Shown: piece after piece, positions 1 to 10,286 of the stretch
How positions within the stretch are numbered: position 1 is the stretch's first letter
Layout of the letters: the number at the start of each line of letters is the position of its first letter
Notes under the pieces: model-generated
Database searches by the model: none
Told to the model about the DNA's origin: nothing
Seen by the model: only the letters and a program-made list of their open reading frames with translations
Translations under genes and position numbers: made by a program
Assembly: GCA_944392265.1 (NCBI GenBank)
Contig: CALXWC010000001.1
Coordinates: 32,237-96,236 of the forward strand
Length of the DNA stretch: 64,000 bases
Direction: 5' to 3'
Source: an uncultured Alphaproteobacteria bacterium
GTDB lineage: Bacteria; Pseudomonadota; Alphaproteobacteria; RF32; CAG-239

Positions 1-143
1 TCATTTTCCTTAGAATCTGAAGCGGAAGAAACCTGAGAAGGATTGCTTTCTTTAGTATTTTCTTCGTCATTGTTCAATATGTCTTTGATTGAAGATAAGA
101 TATCTTCCATAGACATGTCTTCTTGTTGATTTTCACCGTTCAT
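1..143 (-). CDS. popZ: PopZ (DUF2497) pole-organizing protein, 5' part; runs off the window start
   Basis: ATG at 143 translates MNGENQQEDMSMEDILSSIKDILNNDEE, matching the PopZ N-terminal helix SMEEILASIRRII. It lies directly downstream of tolC as in alphaproteobacteria. Not in the ORF track. Confidence 0.85.
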   Translation of the reverse strand, partial: MNGENQQEDMSMEDILSSIKDILNNDEENTKESNPSQVSSASDSKEN

Positions 144-193
144 TATAAATAATCCACCAATATTTTGTTTTTTATAAGATTAACAAATTTATT

Positions 194-1573
194 TTATTTA
201 TCAATAGATAAAGAAAGCCATTTGCCTTTTGTATCTTGATAATATTTGTTTGCATCATATAATTCAACATCAAGTTTTAAGTTTTCCGCGGTTAATTTAC
301 CCATTGCCAACAAAAGATTCAAACTTGATACATAGTAGTTTCTTCTGGCTTTTACCTCTTCAACATTAGAGTTCAAAAGTTCTTGGTAAGCATCCAACAC
401 ATCCAAAATCGTACGGTTACCCAATGCTTCTTCTTTTTGAACACCGTCAAGAGCAATTTCGTTTGCTTTAACTTGTTCTTTAATTGATTTGATTTTAGAA
501 TCGTTAGAGACCATATATTCCCAAGCACTTGAAACCAAAGATGTTACGGAACGTTCTGTTTCAAGTAATTTTTCTTGAGATTGCCATTTTAAATATTTGC
601 TTTGGCGAATCTCTGCTCTGTTTTTGCCTGCTTCATAAAGAGGAACTGTTAAGTTAACGCCAACCTCAACATTATCTGTTTTGATTTTGCCTTGGTTTGC
701 ATCTAAATCATTTTCAACATTGGTTGCAGATGCATCTAAAGAAACAGACGGCAACAATGCACCTGTGTTGTATGAAACATTATAATTAGCAGCATCAAAA
801 GAGTGTTGTGCCGTTTTGATGGTGTAGTTGTTTTCCAAAGCATAGTTCATTGCCTCATCAATTGTTTTAGGCAACATTCCGGAAATATCTTTCGGCTCGG
901 TTAAATCTTCTGGTTCAGAACCGATAATTTCTTTGTATACGGCTTTAGAGGCGGCCAAAGTACCCTCTGAAGAAATTCTGTCTGAAACAGCTTGAGCATG
1001 ACGTGCTCTTGCTTGGGAAACGTCTGTTCTTGTTACTTCACCGACATTAAAACGTTGAATGGTTTCATCAAGACGTTTTTTTAACAACTTCTCGTTATTT
1101 TTTTGCAATTTAACAATAGCTTGGTTTTGCAAAACATCCATATAGGCGGTTGCAGCTTCCAAGAAAACATTTTGCTCAACACTGTACAAATTATTTTGTT
1201 CTGCCTTAACGGAACTATCAGCTTTTTTTACGGCATTTACCGTTTGGAATCCGTTAAATATCGGCTGAGATAGGGTTGCACCGTAAGAAGTTGTGTTGCC
1301 ATCATTTTCAGTATCAGGCACGCCGACTTTTCCTCCCGGATTTTCTGTTGAACCGCTGGCTTCAGTATAACCGGCCGTCAAAGCAATGGTTGGACGGTAT
1401 CCTGATTTTGCGATTGCAACATTTTCATCTACGGAACGTAAATATGCTCTTTGAGATTGCAAGGTCGGATTAGATCTGTAAGTTTCGCTCAAAGCATCAA
1501 AAATTGTAGCTGCTTTAGCCGGCATTACAATAGAGCTGGCCATAAGCAATCCTGCGACAAAATTTTTTTTCAT
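194..1573 (-). CDS. tolC: TolC family outer membrane channel
   Basis: Signal peptide MKKNFVAGLL..AKA, OEP motifs (RFNVGEVTRTDVSQA, GNRTILDVLDAYQEL). SD GAGGAAG precedes ATG 1573. Confidence 0.93.
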   Translation of the reverse strand: MKKNFVAGLLMASSIVMPAKAATIFDALSETYRSNPTLQSQRAYLRSVDENVAIAKSGYRPTIALTAGYTEASGSTENPGGKVGVPDTENDGNTTSYGATLSQPIFNGFQTVNAVKKADSSVKAEQNNLYSVEQNVFLEAATAYMDVLQNQAIVKLQKNNEKLLKKRLDETIQRFNVGEVTRTDVSQARARHAQAVSDRISSEGTLAASKAVYKEIIGSEPEDLTEPKDISGMLPKTIDEAMNYALENNYTIKTAQHSFDAANYNVSYNTGALLPSVSLDASATNVENDLDANQGKIKTDNVEVGVNLTVPLYEAGKNRAEIRQSKYLKWQSQEKLLETERSVTSLVSSAWEYMVSNDSKIKSIKEQVKANEIALDGVQKEEALGNRTILDVLDAYQELLNSNVEEVKARRNYYVSSLNLLLAMGKLTAENLKLDVELYDANKYYQDTKGKWLSLSIDK

Positions 1574-1769
1574 GAAAACTTCCTCTAAATTCTTTATTTT
1601 AACTTTTAGTCTGATTATATTAATTAATATCAATTATGCAACGAAATTTATTAAAAAAATGTTCATTTCATCCTTTTAGAAACTTATAACGCTCTTATTA
1701 ACCATATTTCAAACTTTTTATAATAATCATTAGGATAAATTAGTATGTAAGCTTAAGGAGGACAGTACA

Positions 1770-4232
1770 TTGACTAAAAAAAGCACCAATGTTATCAATG
1801 AGCGAGACAAAGAAAAGTTAAAGCTTTCCATTGAACATTATATCAAATATTTTATTGGCAAACGAACCAGTGAAATCAATAAAGATGAGGCTTTGGAAGC
1901 CATTGCTTTGGCCGTTAGAGAATTTGCCATGGATAAAATGTATGAGACAATGGCTCGCTACAACAAAGTCAATACAAAAAGAATCTATTATCTTTCCGTT
2001 GAATACCTCATCGGCAGATCTTTGGAAAACAACCTTCACAGCCTTGGCTTGTTTGATGTTATGAAAGAAATCAAAATTGACGGCATGCCAGATTTCAGCT
2101 TGCAAGAGATTTTTGATACTGAATATGACCCCGCTTTAGGTAACGGCGGTTTGGGTCGCTTGGCCGCTTGTTATTTGGATTCAATGGCCTCTCTTGGAAT
2201 CCCCGGATTTGGTTATGGTATTAACTATCAATTTGGTCTTTTCAAACAAAAATTTGAAAATGGATATCAAGTTGAACAAGCAGACAGCTGGCTTGGTGAA
2301 AATTCTCCTTGGCAGTTTTCTCGTCCGGACAGAACCGTCAAAATTCCTATTAAAGGTGAAGTAGAGGTGATTGATGACGGCGCCGGAAACAAAAACTTTA
2401 TCTGGATGAACACTCAAAGTATTTACGGCGTTCCGTATGACTTCCCTATTGTCGGATATAATGGTAAATCAGTTAACTATTTGAGACTTTTCTCTGCAAA
2501 AACAGACGATGAGTTGGATATTAATATCTTTAATGAAGGCGGTTATATTGATGCTGTTAAAGATAAAATTGCAACAGAAACCATTTCTAAAGTTTTGTAT
2601 CCGTCAGATGCACTTGAATCCGGTAAAAAATTGCGTTTAACCCAACAATACTTCTTTGTTTCTTGCGCTATCCAAGATATCATCCGTCGTTTTTTGGAAA
2701 AATGCGATGACTTCAAAAAGCTTCCTGATATGGTTTGTATCCAACTCAACGATACTCACCCATCCATTGCCATTGCAGAAATGATGCGCTTGCTTGTGGA
2801 TATTCATGGTCAAGAATGGGATGATGCTTGGGATATTGTTACCAGAACATTTGCTTACACAAACCATACTTTATTGCCGGAAGCTCTTGAAACATGGCCG
2901 GCTCGTATTTTCCAAGAATTATTACCTCGCCACTTGCAAATCATTTACGAAATTAACCGTCGTTTTATGAACTTTGCTCGTGAAAGATTTGGTGATAATA
3001 ATGAAAAACTAGCTAAAGTTTCTATTGTTTCTGGCGAAGGTGACCGTCAAATTATCAGAATGGCAAATCTTTCTATTGTCGGTTCATTCTCCGTTAACGG
3101 CGTAGCTCAAATTCACTCTAACTTGATTAAGACCAAACTTGTTCCTGAATTTTATGAACTTTGGCCGGAAAAATTCTGCAATGTTACAAACGGTATCACC
3201 CCTCGCCGTTGGCTCTTGCATGCCAACACCGCTTTAGCTGAATTGATTTCTTCTAAAATCGGTGAAAATTGGGTCACTCGTTTGGATGAACTCAGCAAAA
3301 TTGAAGCTTTTGCCGATGATGCAAAATTTGTAAAACAATTCTCCGACATCAAACGTGCAAACAAAGAAAAATTGGCTAAAATTATATTCAAGACTACCGG
3401 TGTTATGGTTAGTCCGGACAGCATGTTTATTGTTCATGCTAAACGTATTCATGAATATAAACGCCAATTGATGACTATTTTACAAGTTATCGGTGAATAT
3501 TTGGCTATTGTAAAAGACAACTACAAACCTACTCAGGCAAAAACCTATATTTTTGCAGGAAAGGCCGCCCCGTCTTATACATTTGCCAAACTTATCATCA
3601 AGTTGATTAACAACGTTGCAGATGTTGTTAATAATGACCCGATGGTTAAAGATATGCTTAAGGTTGTCTTTATTCCTGATTATAAAGTTTCTTTGGCTGA
3701 ATCTTTGATGCCGGCTGCTGACTTGAGTGTTCAATCTTCTACCGCCGGATTTGAAGCAAGCGGTACCGGAAATATGAAGTTTGCTTTGAACGGTGCTCTT
3801 ACAATCGGTACTTTAGACGGTGCCAATATTGAAATCAGAGATGCCGTCGGTGAAGAAAACTTCTACCTTTTCGGCCTCAAAGAAGAAGATATTCAAGCGC
3901 AAAGATCAACTTATAATCCTCGCGAAATTTATGAGAAAAACAGTTATATTAAACGCATTTTGAATGCTATTAACTCCAATATGTTTTGCGAAAAAGATTA
4001 TCTCTTGCTCTTTAAGCCTATTTTTGAAGAATTGGTCAACAGAGATTATTACTTTGTTTTGGCTGATTTACCATCCTTTGATGAAACTATCAAAAAGGCT
4101 GAAAAAGACTTTGGTGATAAAAAACTTTGGGCTAAAAAAGCCATTATTAATGTGGCCAATATGGGATATTTCACCAGTGACAGAGCTGTTGAAGAATATG
4201 CTAAAAATATTTGGCACATCAAACCATGCTAA
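1770..4232 (+). CDS. glgP: Glycogen/maltodextrin phosphorylase
   Basis: LGNGGLGRLAAC, QLNDTHP, KRIHEYKRQ and EASGTGNMKF (PLP lysine) motifs. SD AAGGAGG precedes a TTG start. Confidence 0.97.
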   Translation: MTKKSTNVINERDKEKLKLSIEHYIKYFIGKRTSEINKDEALEAIALAVREFAMDKMYETMARYNKVNTKRIYYLSVEYLIGRSLENNLHSLGLFDVMKEIKIDGMPDFSLQEIFDTEYDPALGNGGLGRLAACYLDSMASLGIPGFGYGINYQFGLFKQKFENGYQVEQADSWLGENSPWQFSRPDRTVKIPIKGEVEVIDDGAGNKNFIWMNTQSIYGVPYDFPIVGYNGKSVNYLRLFSAKTDDELDINIFNEGGYIDAVKDKIATETISKVLYPSDALESGKKLRLTQQYFFVSCAIQDIIRRFLEKCDDFKKLPDMVCIQLNDTHPSIAIAEMMRLLVDIHGQEWDDAWDIVTRTFAYTNHTLLPEALETWPARIFQELLPRHLQIIYEINRRFMNFARERFGDNNEKLAKVSIVSGEGDRQIIRMANLSIVGSFSVNGVAQIHSNLIKTKLVPEFYELWPEKFCNVTNGITPRRWLLHANTALAELISSKIGENWVTRLDELSKIEAFADDAKFVKQFSDIKRANKEKLAKIIFKTTGVMVSPDSMFIVHAKRIHEYKRQLMTILQVIGEYLAIVKDNYKPTQAKTYIFAGKAAPSYTFAKLIIKLINNVADVVNNDPMVKDMLKVVFIPDYKVSLAESLMPAADLSVQSSTAGFEASGTGNMKFALNGALTIGTLDGANIEIRDAVGEENFYLFGLKEEDIQAQRSTYNPREIYEKNSYIKRILNAINSNMFCEKDYLLLFKPIFEELVNRDYYFVLADLPSFDETIKKAEKDFGDKKLWAKKAIINVANMGYFTSDRAVEEYAKNIWHIKPC

Positions 4233-4248
4233 CTCTTTCTTAAAGGAC

Positions 4249-4283
4249 AAAAAAATCCCTCTCCAAAAGAGAGGGATTTTTTT
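4249..4283. terminator. Bidirectional intrinsic terminator
   Basis: A7-TCCCTCTC-caaaa-GAGAGGGA-T7 between convergent genes. Confidence 0.85.
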
Positions 4284-4294
4284 ATGTTTATTAA

Positions 4295-6016
4295 TTAACG
4301 GCCTTGATTTTGCATCTGTAATTGCGCTTGCATTATTGCATTTTTTTCTGCCAGATGCAAATCTCTTCCTTTGCGTAAACGATTTATCATATAGGCTTCT
4401 TGACGAGCCACATCATAATATGGGAATTTACGCAATCTCGGAACATTAAGCTTATCAAAACCTTCATTCGATACCAAGGCTTGAATAGACTGAATACTAC
4501 TTTGTACTTCTTCATACTTGCTGGCAATAATTTCTTTTTTCTCTTTTTCTGAGCCGTTTGGTCCGAGTTTTTTGAAGTCTGAACGCAACTCTGTATGAAT
4601 TTCATACAAATTCTTATTGTATAATTTCATATATTCTTGATGCAATTCTTCTTTTGACATTTTTGCATATCGCGGATCTTCCGTATATAAAGACAACAAA
4701 TCAACATAAGCCATTCCGGTTGCGAGCTCTTTGGCAACATTGGTTTTGTCTTCTTTTTTCTGAACTTGGAACGTATTAAGCGGCACATCGCTTGTATCTG
4801 TGTATACTTTGGCCATAATACTGCTCTCATAAAACTTATTAAAGTTTTTATACTTACTGTCAGCTTGTTCCAAAGCAATTTGAGTATCTAAATCTTTTAT
4901 CATATTAAAATATGGATGTGTTATTTCTTTAATGCCTTTTGCAATAAGTTCGTCTCTTAAATGAGCTCTTAATCTTTTATAATAAGCTACCCTTTTATCC
5001 AAATCGAAAACATTTTCTTTGGTAACCTTCATCATATTGGCAAAATCTTTGGGACCTAATGAAACACCGGTCGGAACAATCATTTTTTTAGCACAAGAAA
5101 CAAGGAACTTTCCTTTCATTCCTACGGGGCCGTTATAACACATGTGTGTTACTTTACATGTGGCGGCAAGAGTTAACGCCTCATCCATCATTCCATCCGT
5201 AGCATCAGCATACTTTGGTGTTAATAAGGTGACATTTAATGTAGGCTTATCATTTTTATATTCAATCTCGCCTCTTAAGCCATATTCAAAATTAGGGTTA
5301 ACTTTACCATTTTTATCTGCTTTTGGACCTTCTTTCTTTTGATCCTCATCCTTATACCACATCATTTTATAACCGTTGAAACACGGTGTTTTCTTGTAAT
5401 TTCTTGTTTTATATTTTTGGTTTAAGGAAACATGGTCATCCATATATTTAGAAATATCTTCTACACTTGGATGAACTTCTTTTGGAGATGATTTTTCTGC
5501 CTTTTCGGCTCTTTCTGCTTTAACCTTTTTTATAGAGGCAATCTTGCTTTTTAGGCTTGAATCCGAAGGTGTATGTGCATTAGACAGGTCTAAAGATATT
5601 TGCTGAGAATCTTCATTCGTACCACGACCGATAGAAACTTCATCATAATCATTTTCAGCAACATATTCTCTATGTGCTTCAATGACATTTCTTTTAAAGT
5701 CGTTGTCTTTTTCATCTTCTGGAAAGCTAAAATTGCTTAACCCTAATTGATTTAAGGTCATATAAACTTGTTTGATTTCGTCTTTTGTCATGCCAAAATG
5801 GCTAAAACGAACAACTCCGTTTTCCAATCTAAAATCTACGCCGCTCGGCAAATGAATATTATAGCCGAGTTTTCCGTCAATAGTTTGTTCTTGAGATGTA
5901 ACATTTTCTCCGGATAAACGATTTATACGGTTAGCAATCTCATCCATATTGATTTCTTGTTCTTGTCCATTTTCTGAAATTGATGAAAACAAAAGTTTAT
6001 TAGCGTTATATTCCAT
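4295..6016 (-). CDS. Hypothetical protein, 573 aa, hydrophilic
   Basis: Long ORF with SD AAGGA. No family recognised. Ends ...QAQLQMQNQGR. Confidence 0.8.
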   Translation of the reverse strand: MEYNANKLLFSSISENGQEQEINMDEIANRINRLSGENVTSQEQTIDGKLGYNIHLPSGVDFRLENGVVRFSHFGMTKDEIKQVYMTLNQLGLSNFSFPEDEKDNDFKRNVIEAHREYVAENDYDEVSIGRGTNEDSQQISLDLSNAHTPSDSSLKSKIASIKKVKAERAEKAEKSSPKEVHPSVEDISKYMDDHVSLNQKYKTRNYKKTPCFNGYKMMWYKDEDQKKEGPKADKNGKVNPNFEYGLRGEIEYKNDKPTLNVTLLTPKYADATDGMMDEALTLAATCKVTHMCYNGPVGMKGKFLVSCAKKMIVPTGVSLGPKDFANMMKVTKENVFDLDKRVAYYKRLRAHLRDELIAKGIKEITHPYFNMIKDLDTQIALEQADSKYKNFNKFYESSIMAKVYTDTSDVPLNTFQVQKKEDKTNVAKELATGMAYVDLLSLYTEDPRYAKMSKEELHQEYMKLYNKNLYEIHTELRSDFKKLGPNGSEKEKKEIIASKYEEVQSSIQSIQALVSNEGFDKLNVPRLRKFPYYDVARQEAYMINRLRKGRDLHLAEKNAIMQAQLQMQNQGR

Positions 6017-6089
6017 GACTTTGTCCTTATTATTCTATTGTTTACATCCTAGCACAAAACAAATTTGAAATCAATAACATTTGACAAAA

Positions 6090-6671
6090 TTATTTCACAT
6101 ATCCTTTTGCCAGAAATGCCTTTGTAATATTAGTGTCTATTGGCTTAAAAGTACCATATTTATTTGCTTTATAGTTCACATTTTGTCTATTTTTTGTTTG
6201 CAAACTTAAGATATCATTACGGAAAGATACTTTTTCTATCACATCATCTTCCGCCATTCTATCAATAATTTTTGTGGCTTCTCCGTTATTAATTTCTTGA
6301 AGAAGCACATTATCACCGCCAACTTCTTTATGCCAGATAATTTCATTATCAAGAATATTTTCTTCAATACAATTATCTTTATCGTACTCATGATTAATAT
6401 CTCTTAAAACTCTATAATTGCCTTTTTCATCTTGATGATATGCCGTTTTGCTTCCATCATTAAATTTTACAAACAAGCTCTTGCCATTTTGGTGTGCTTC
6501 AACAATATCTGTATCATTGTCATATTTATCTATCAGACGGATAGCTTCTCCACCGTTAATATATTGGACAAGCCAATTATCCCCGTCTTTTTCTTTTTGC
6601 CAAGCGACCTTATTTTCAATGATTTCAATGTCTAAGCAACCATCTTCATCTAATCTTGGATCTACCTTCAT
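6090..6671 (-). CDS. Hypothetical protein made of two tandem ~80-aa homologous domains
   Basis: SD GAAAGGAAAG precedes ATG 6671. Internal repeat WQKEKDGDNWLVQYINGGEAIRLIDK versus WHKEVGGDNVLLQEINNGEATKIIDR. Confidence 0.75.
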   Translation of the reverse strand: MKVDPRLDEDGCLDIEIIENKVAWQKEKDGDNWLVQYINGGEAIRLIDKYDNDTDIVEAHQNGKSLFVKFNDGSKTAYHQDEKGNYRVLRDINHEYDKDNCIEENILDNEIIWHKEVGGDNVLLQEINNGEATKIIDRMAEDDVIEKVSFRNDILSLQTKNRQNVNYKANKYGTFKPIDTNITKAFLAKGYVK

Positions 6672-6687
6672 TATTCTTTCCTTTCGC

Positions 6688-6722
6688 AAAAAAAAGCCCG
6701 CAACAAAGCGGGCTTCATTTTA
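6688..6722 (-). terminator. Intrinsic terminator of gapA-pgk
   Basis: AAGCCCGC/GCGGGCTT stem followed by a T-run on the minus strand. Confidence 0.75.
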
Positions 6723-6723
6723 A

Positions 6724-7935
6724 CTATTTTTTCAAAACAACAACTCCGGGAAGTTCTTTTCCTTCCATCCATTCGAGGAAAGCTCCTCCTGCTGTTGAAA
6801 TGTAGCTGAACTTTTTCTCAACTCCGGCATTAGCCAAAGCAGAAACAGTATCGCCACCTCCGGCAACGGTTAACAACTTACCGGCTTGAGTTAATTCTGC
6901 AGCATGAGCAGCAACTTCATTGGTTGCTTTGTCAAACGGTTTTAACTCAAACACACCCAAAGGTCCGTTCCAAACTAAAGTTTTGCATTCATCTAATTTG
7001 GCATTGATAGCTGCAATGGTTTTTGCTCCAACATCCATCAAGATCCAACCTTCAGCAGGAATGTGTTCCAAATCAACGGTTTTGTGTTCAGCTTCAGCTT
7101 TGAACTCTTTTGAAACAACAACATCTTGAGGCAAAATGATTTCGCAACCATTGGCTTTTGCTGTTGCCATAATTTCTTTTGCGGTTTCAATCATGTCCAT
7201 TTGAACAAGAGAGTTAGCTTCATTAACTGTGTCTACGCCGCTGGCTTTCATAAATGTATGAGCCATACCGCCTGAGATAACCAATTTATCTACTTTTTTA
7301 ACCAAGTTGTTCAATAAATCTAACTTTGTAGAAACTTTTGAACCACCAACAACAGCCATCAACGGACGTTCAGGATTGTTCAAACCTTTAGACAAAGCGT
7401 TAACTTCTTCTTCCATCAACAAGCCCATAGCAGCTGGCAAATCTTTAGCTGCTGCAACCATGGAAGCGTGAGCGCGGTGAGCGGTTGAAAAAGCATCTGA
7501 TACATAAACATCGGCAACTTTAACCAACTCTTTAGCAAAAGCTTCGTCACCTTTTTTCTCTTCATTGTAGAAACGAAGATTTTCAAGCAACAAAACTTCA
7601 TCTGCTTTCATATTTTTAACGGCTTGCTCAACTTTTTCACCGATGCAGTCATCGACAAAAACAACATGTTTGCCCAAAGATTTTTCCAAATCAGCAACGA
7701 TATGGCACAAAGAGTTGCGCATATCACCTTTGCCTTCAGGACGACCAAAGTGAGAAATTACAACAACTTTAGCGCCTTTTTCCATCAACAATTTGATGGT
7801 CGGAACCGTACGGTCAATACGTGCGGTGTTGGTTACTTTCAAGTTTTCATCAACAGGAACGTTCAAGTCTGCACGGAGCATAACAACTTTACCGTTCAAA
7901 TCACCTAAATCTTTAATTGTTTTATATTCGGTCAT
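6724..7935 (-). CDS. pgk: Phosphoglycerate kinase
   Basis: RADLNVP, SHFGRP, LLENLRF, WNGPLG and STAGGAFLE motifs. Confidence 0.98.
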   Translation of the reverse strand: MTEYKTIKDLGDLNGKVVMLRADLNVPVDENLKVTNTARIDRTVPTIKLLMEKGAKVVVISHFGRPEGKGDMRNSLCHIVADLEKSLGKHVVFVDDCIGEKVEQAVKNMKADEVLLLENLRFYNEEKKGDEAFAKELVKVADVYVSDAFSTAHRAHASMVAAAKDLPAAMGLLMEEEVNALSKGLNNPERPLMAVVGGSKVSTKLDLLNNLVKKVDKLVISGGMAHTFMKASGVDTVNEANSLVQMDMIETAKEIMATAKANGCEIILPQDVVVSKEFKAEAEHKTVDLEHIPAEGWILMDVGAKTIAAINAKLDECKTLVWNGPLGVFELKPFDKATNEVAAHAAELTQAGKLLTVAGGGDTVSALANAGVEKKFSYISTAGGAFLEWMEGKELPGVVVLKK

Positions 7936-7950
7936 TTTTTTATCCTTAAT

Positions 7951-8024
7951 AAAAAAAATCCCCGCCGTGCAACACCAACCCAGTATTGTTCAATAACTGA
8001 TTGTGACATCGCACCAACGGGGAT
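7951..8024 (-). promoter_or_regulatory. Long G-U-rich stem-loop plus U8 tract between gapA and pgk (attenuator or stability element)
   Basis: 67-nt imperfect hairpin ATCCCCGTTGGTGCGATGTCA...TGGTGTTGCACGGCGGGGAT followed by T8, just before the pgk SD. Confidence 0.7.
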
Positions 8025-8032
8025 ATTTAATC

Positions 8033-9055
<1,023 letters not shown>

Positions 9056-9265
9056 TTATATATTATGCGGACAGCCCCGCACTGGCTTTTATTAAAAATT
9101 ATCGTCGTTAATGTAGCATTAATTCTTTTTTTTTCAAGACAAATATTATCTTCTATTTTTTTTCCTGCAAAACTGTGTATAAAAGTTTGACTTCAATATC
9201 CGAAGACTTATTATTCTTTTTCTCTTTTTTATTATTTTTTTATTATTAACTAAAATTATCAAATT

Positions 9266-9691
9266 ATGGAAAAGAATTTTTTAGTACTTGCATTTTTGTT
9301 GTGTTCTTCTTTTATGAGTGCACAGAACAATTATGAGATTAAAAAGAACTCTATTGTTTGGAATGGCACAGAAATCCTTGTTAATTCAAAGGAAAGTGTG
9401 TTTCAAGTCAACCTTTCCGAGGCAAAAAAAGCTAAACTTTTTTGTGTCGGTAAAGTTCAAGGAGCCGGAGATTTTGCCGAAGTTTATACTGATGAAAAAA
9501 ATAATATTTTCATCAGTTACGGAAAAAAATATGCTGTTTTGCCTTCCGGATTAAAGGAAATAGAGCATATTCCGGCAAATGCTTCTTATGATGAAACTTG
9601 TGCCGCTTATGATGAAAAAGCCACAAAAAACAAGTATATTTTTGGTTATGACAATGAAAGAAATTTGTATCTGATTGTTTTTAGTGTATAA
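9266..9691 (+). CDS. Hypothetical exported protein (signal peptide ending ..MSA-Q)
   Basis: 141-aa ORF with a hydrophobic N-terminus and its own terminator at 9713-9739. Confidence 0.7.
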   Translation: MEKNFLVLAFLLCSSFMSAQNNYEIKKNSIVWNGTEILVNSKESVFQVNLSEAKKAKLFCVGKVQGAGDFAEVYTDEKNNIFISYGKKYAVLPSGLKEIEHIPANASYDETCAAYDEKATKNKYIFGYDNERNLYLIVFSV

Positions 9692-9712
9692 ATTTTCTTT
9701 CGACCAAACTTC

Positions 9713-9739
9713 AAAAAAGGCGATTTATCGCCTTTTTTT
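9713..9739 (+). terminator. Intrinsic terminator
   Basis: AAAAAAGGCGA-ttta-TCGCCTTTTTTT. Confidence 0.8.
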
Positions 9740-9847
9740 GTTTTTAAAGCAGAAAAAAACTCTTGCATTTTATCTGATTCAAGATTAGATACTAATCAGA
9801 TTTTGTATTATGAGTTTTTATATTATTTAACTTAAAAATTATTTATT

Positions 9848-10225
9848 ATGAAAAATTTTGCTTTATTAAACAAAAATTGTGAAGGTTTTTCTCCTGCGGC
9901 TGTGATTTCTTACATACAAAAATGTAACCATCCGCAGCACACTGAAAAAATGTTTGCCGGCATGCTCAAGTACGCAATTGCAAAGGTTGCCGAAACAGCT
10001 CATTCAGGAAGCCGTGTTTATCTGTATCATCAAGAAAAAAAGAACTGGCCTCAAGAGATGCTTGATGCCTTTGATTTTGCTGAGCAACTTTACAAAGATG
10101 ACTTAGGTCGCGAAGCCAAAATCAAGCTACATCAATTCAGAGCCGATGATAGAATTTATTATTTCATCAAGGCAGAGCAACTCGGTGAGAAATTTGAACT
10201 TTTGTTTATTGAAGAGAAAAAGTAA
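9848..10225 (+). CDS. Hypothetical protein, 125 aa
   Basis: ORF filling the space between two terminators, with protein-like composition. Confidence 0.7.
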   Translation: MKNFALLNKNCEGFSPAAVISYIQKCNHPQHTEKMFAGMLKYAIAKVAETAHSGSRVYLYHQEKKNWPQEMLDAFDFAEQLYKDDLGREAKIKLHQFRADDRIYYFIKAEQLGEKFELLFIEEKK

Positions 10226-10240
10226 TGGAACAAATCTTTA

Positions 10241-10284
10241 GAAAAAGGCGAGACATCTTATATATTTAGTGTCTCGCCTTTTTC
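10241..10284. terminator. Bidirectional terminator
   Basis: GAAAAAGGCGAGAC...GTCTCGCCTTTTTC between convergent genes. Confidence 0.75.
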
Positions 10285-10286
10285 GT

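Noticed and set aside
3964-4449. 161-aa plus-strand ORF
   Set aside because: Out-of-frame overlap with the glgP end; it runs through a terminator into a convergent gene.
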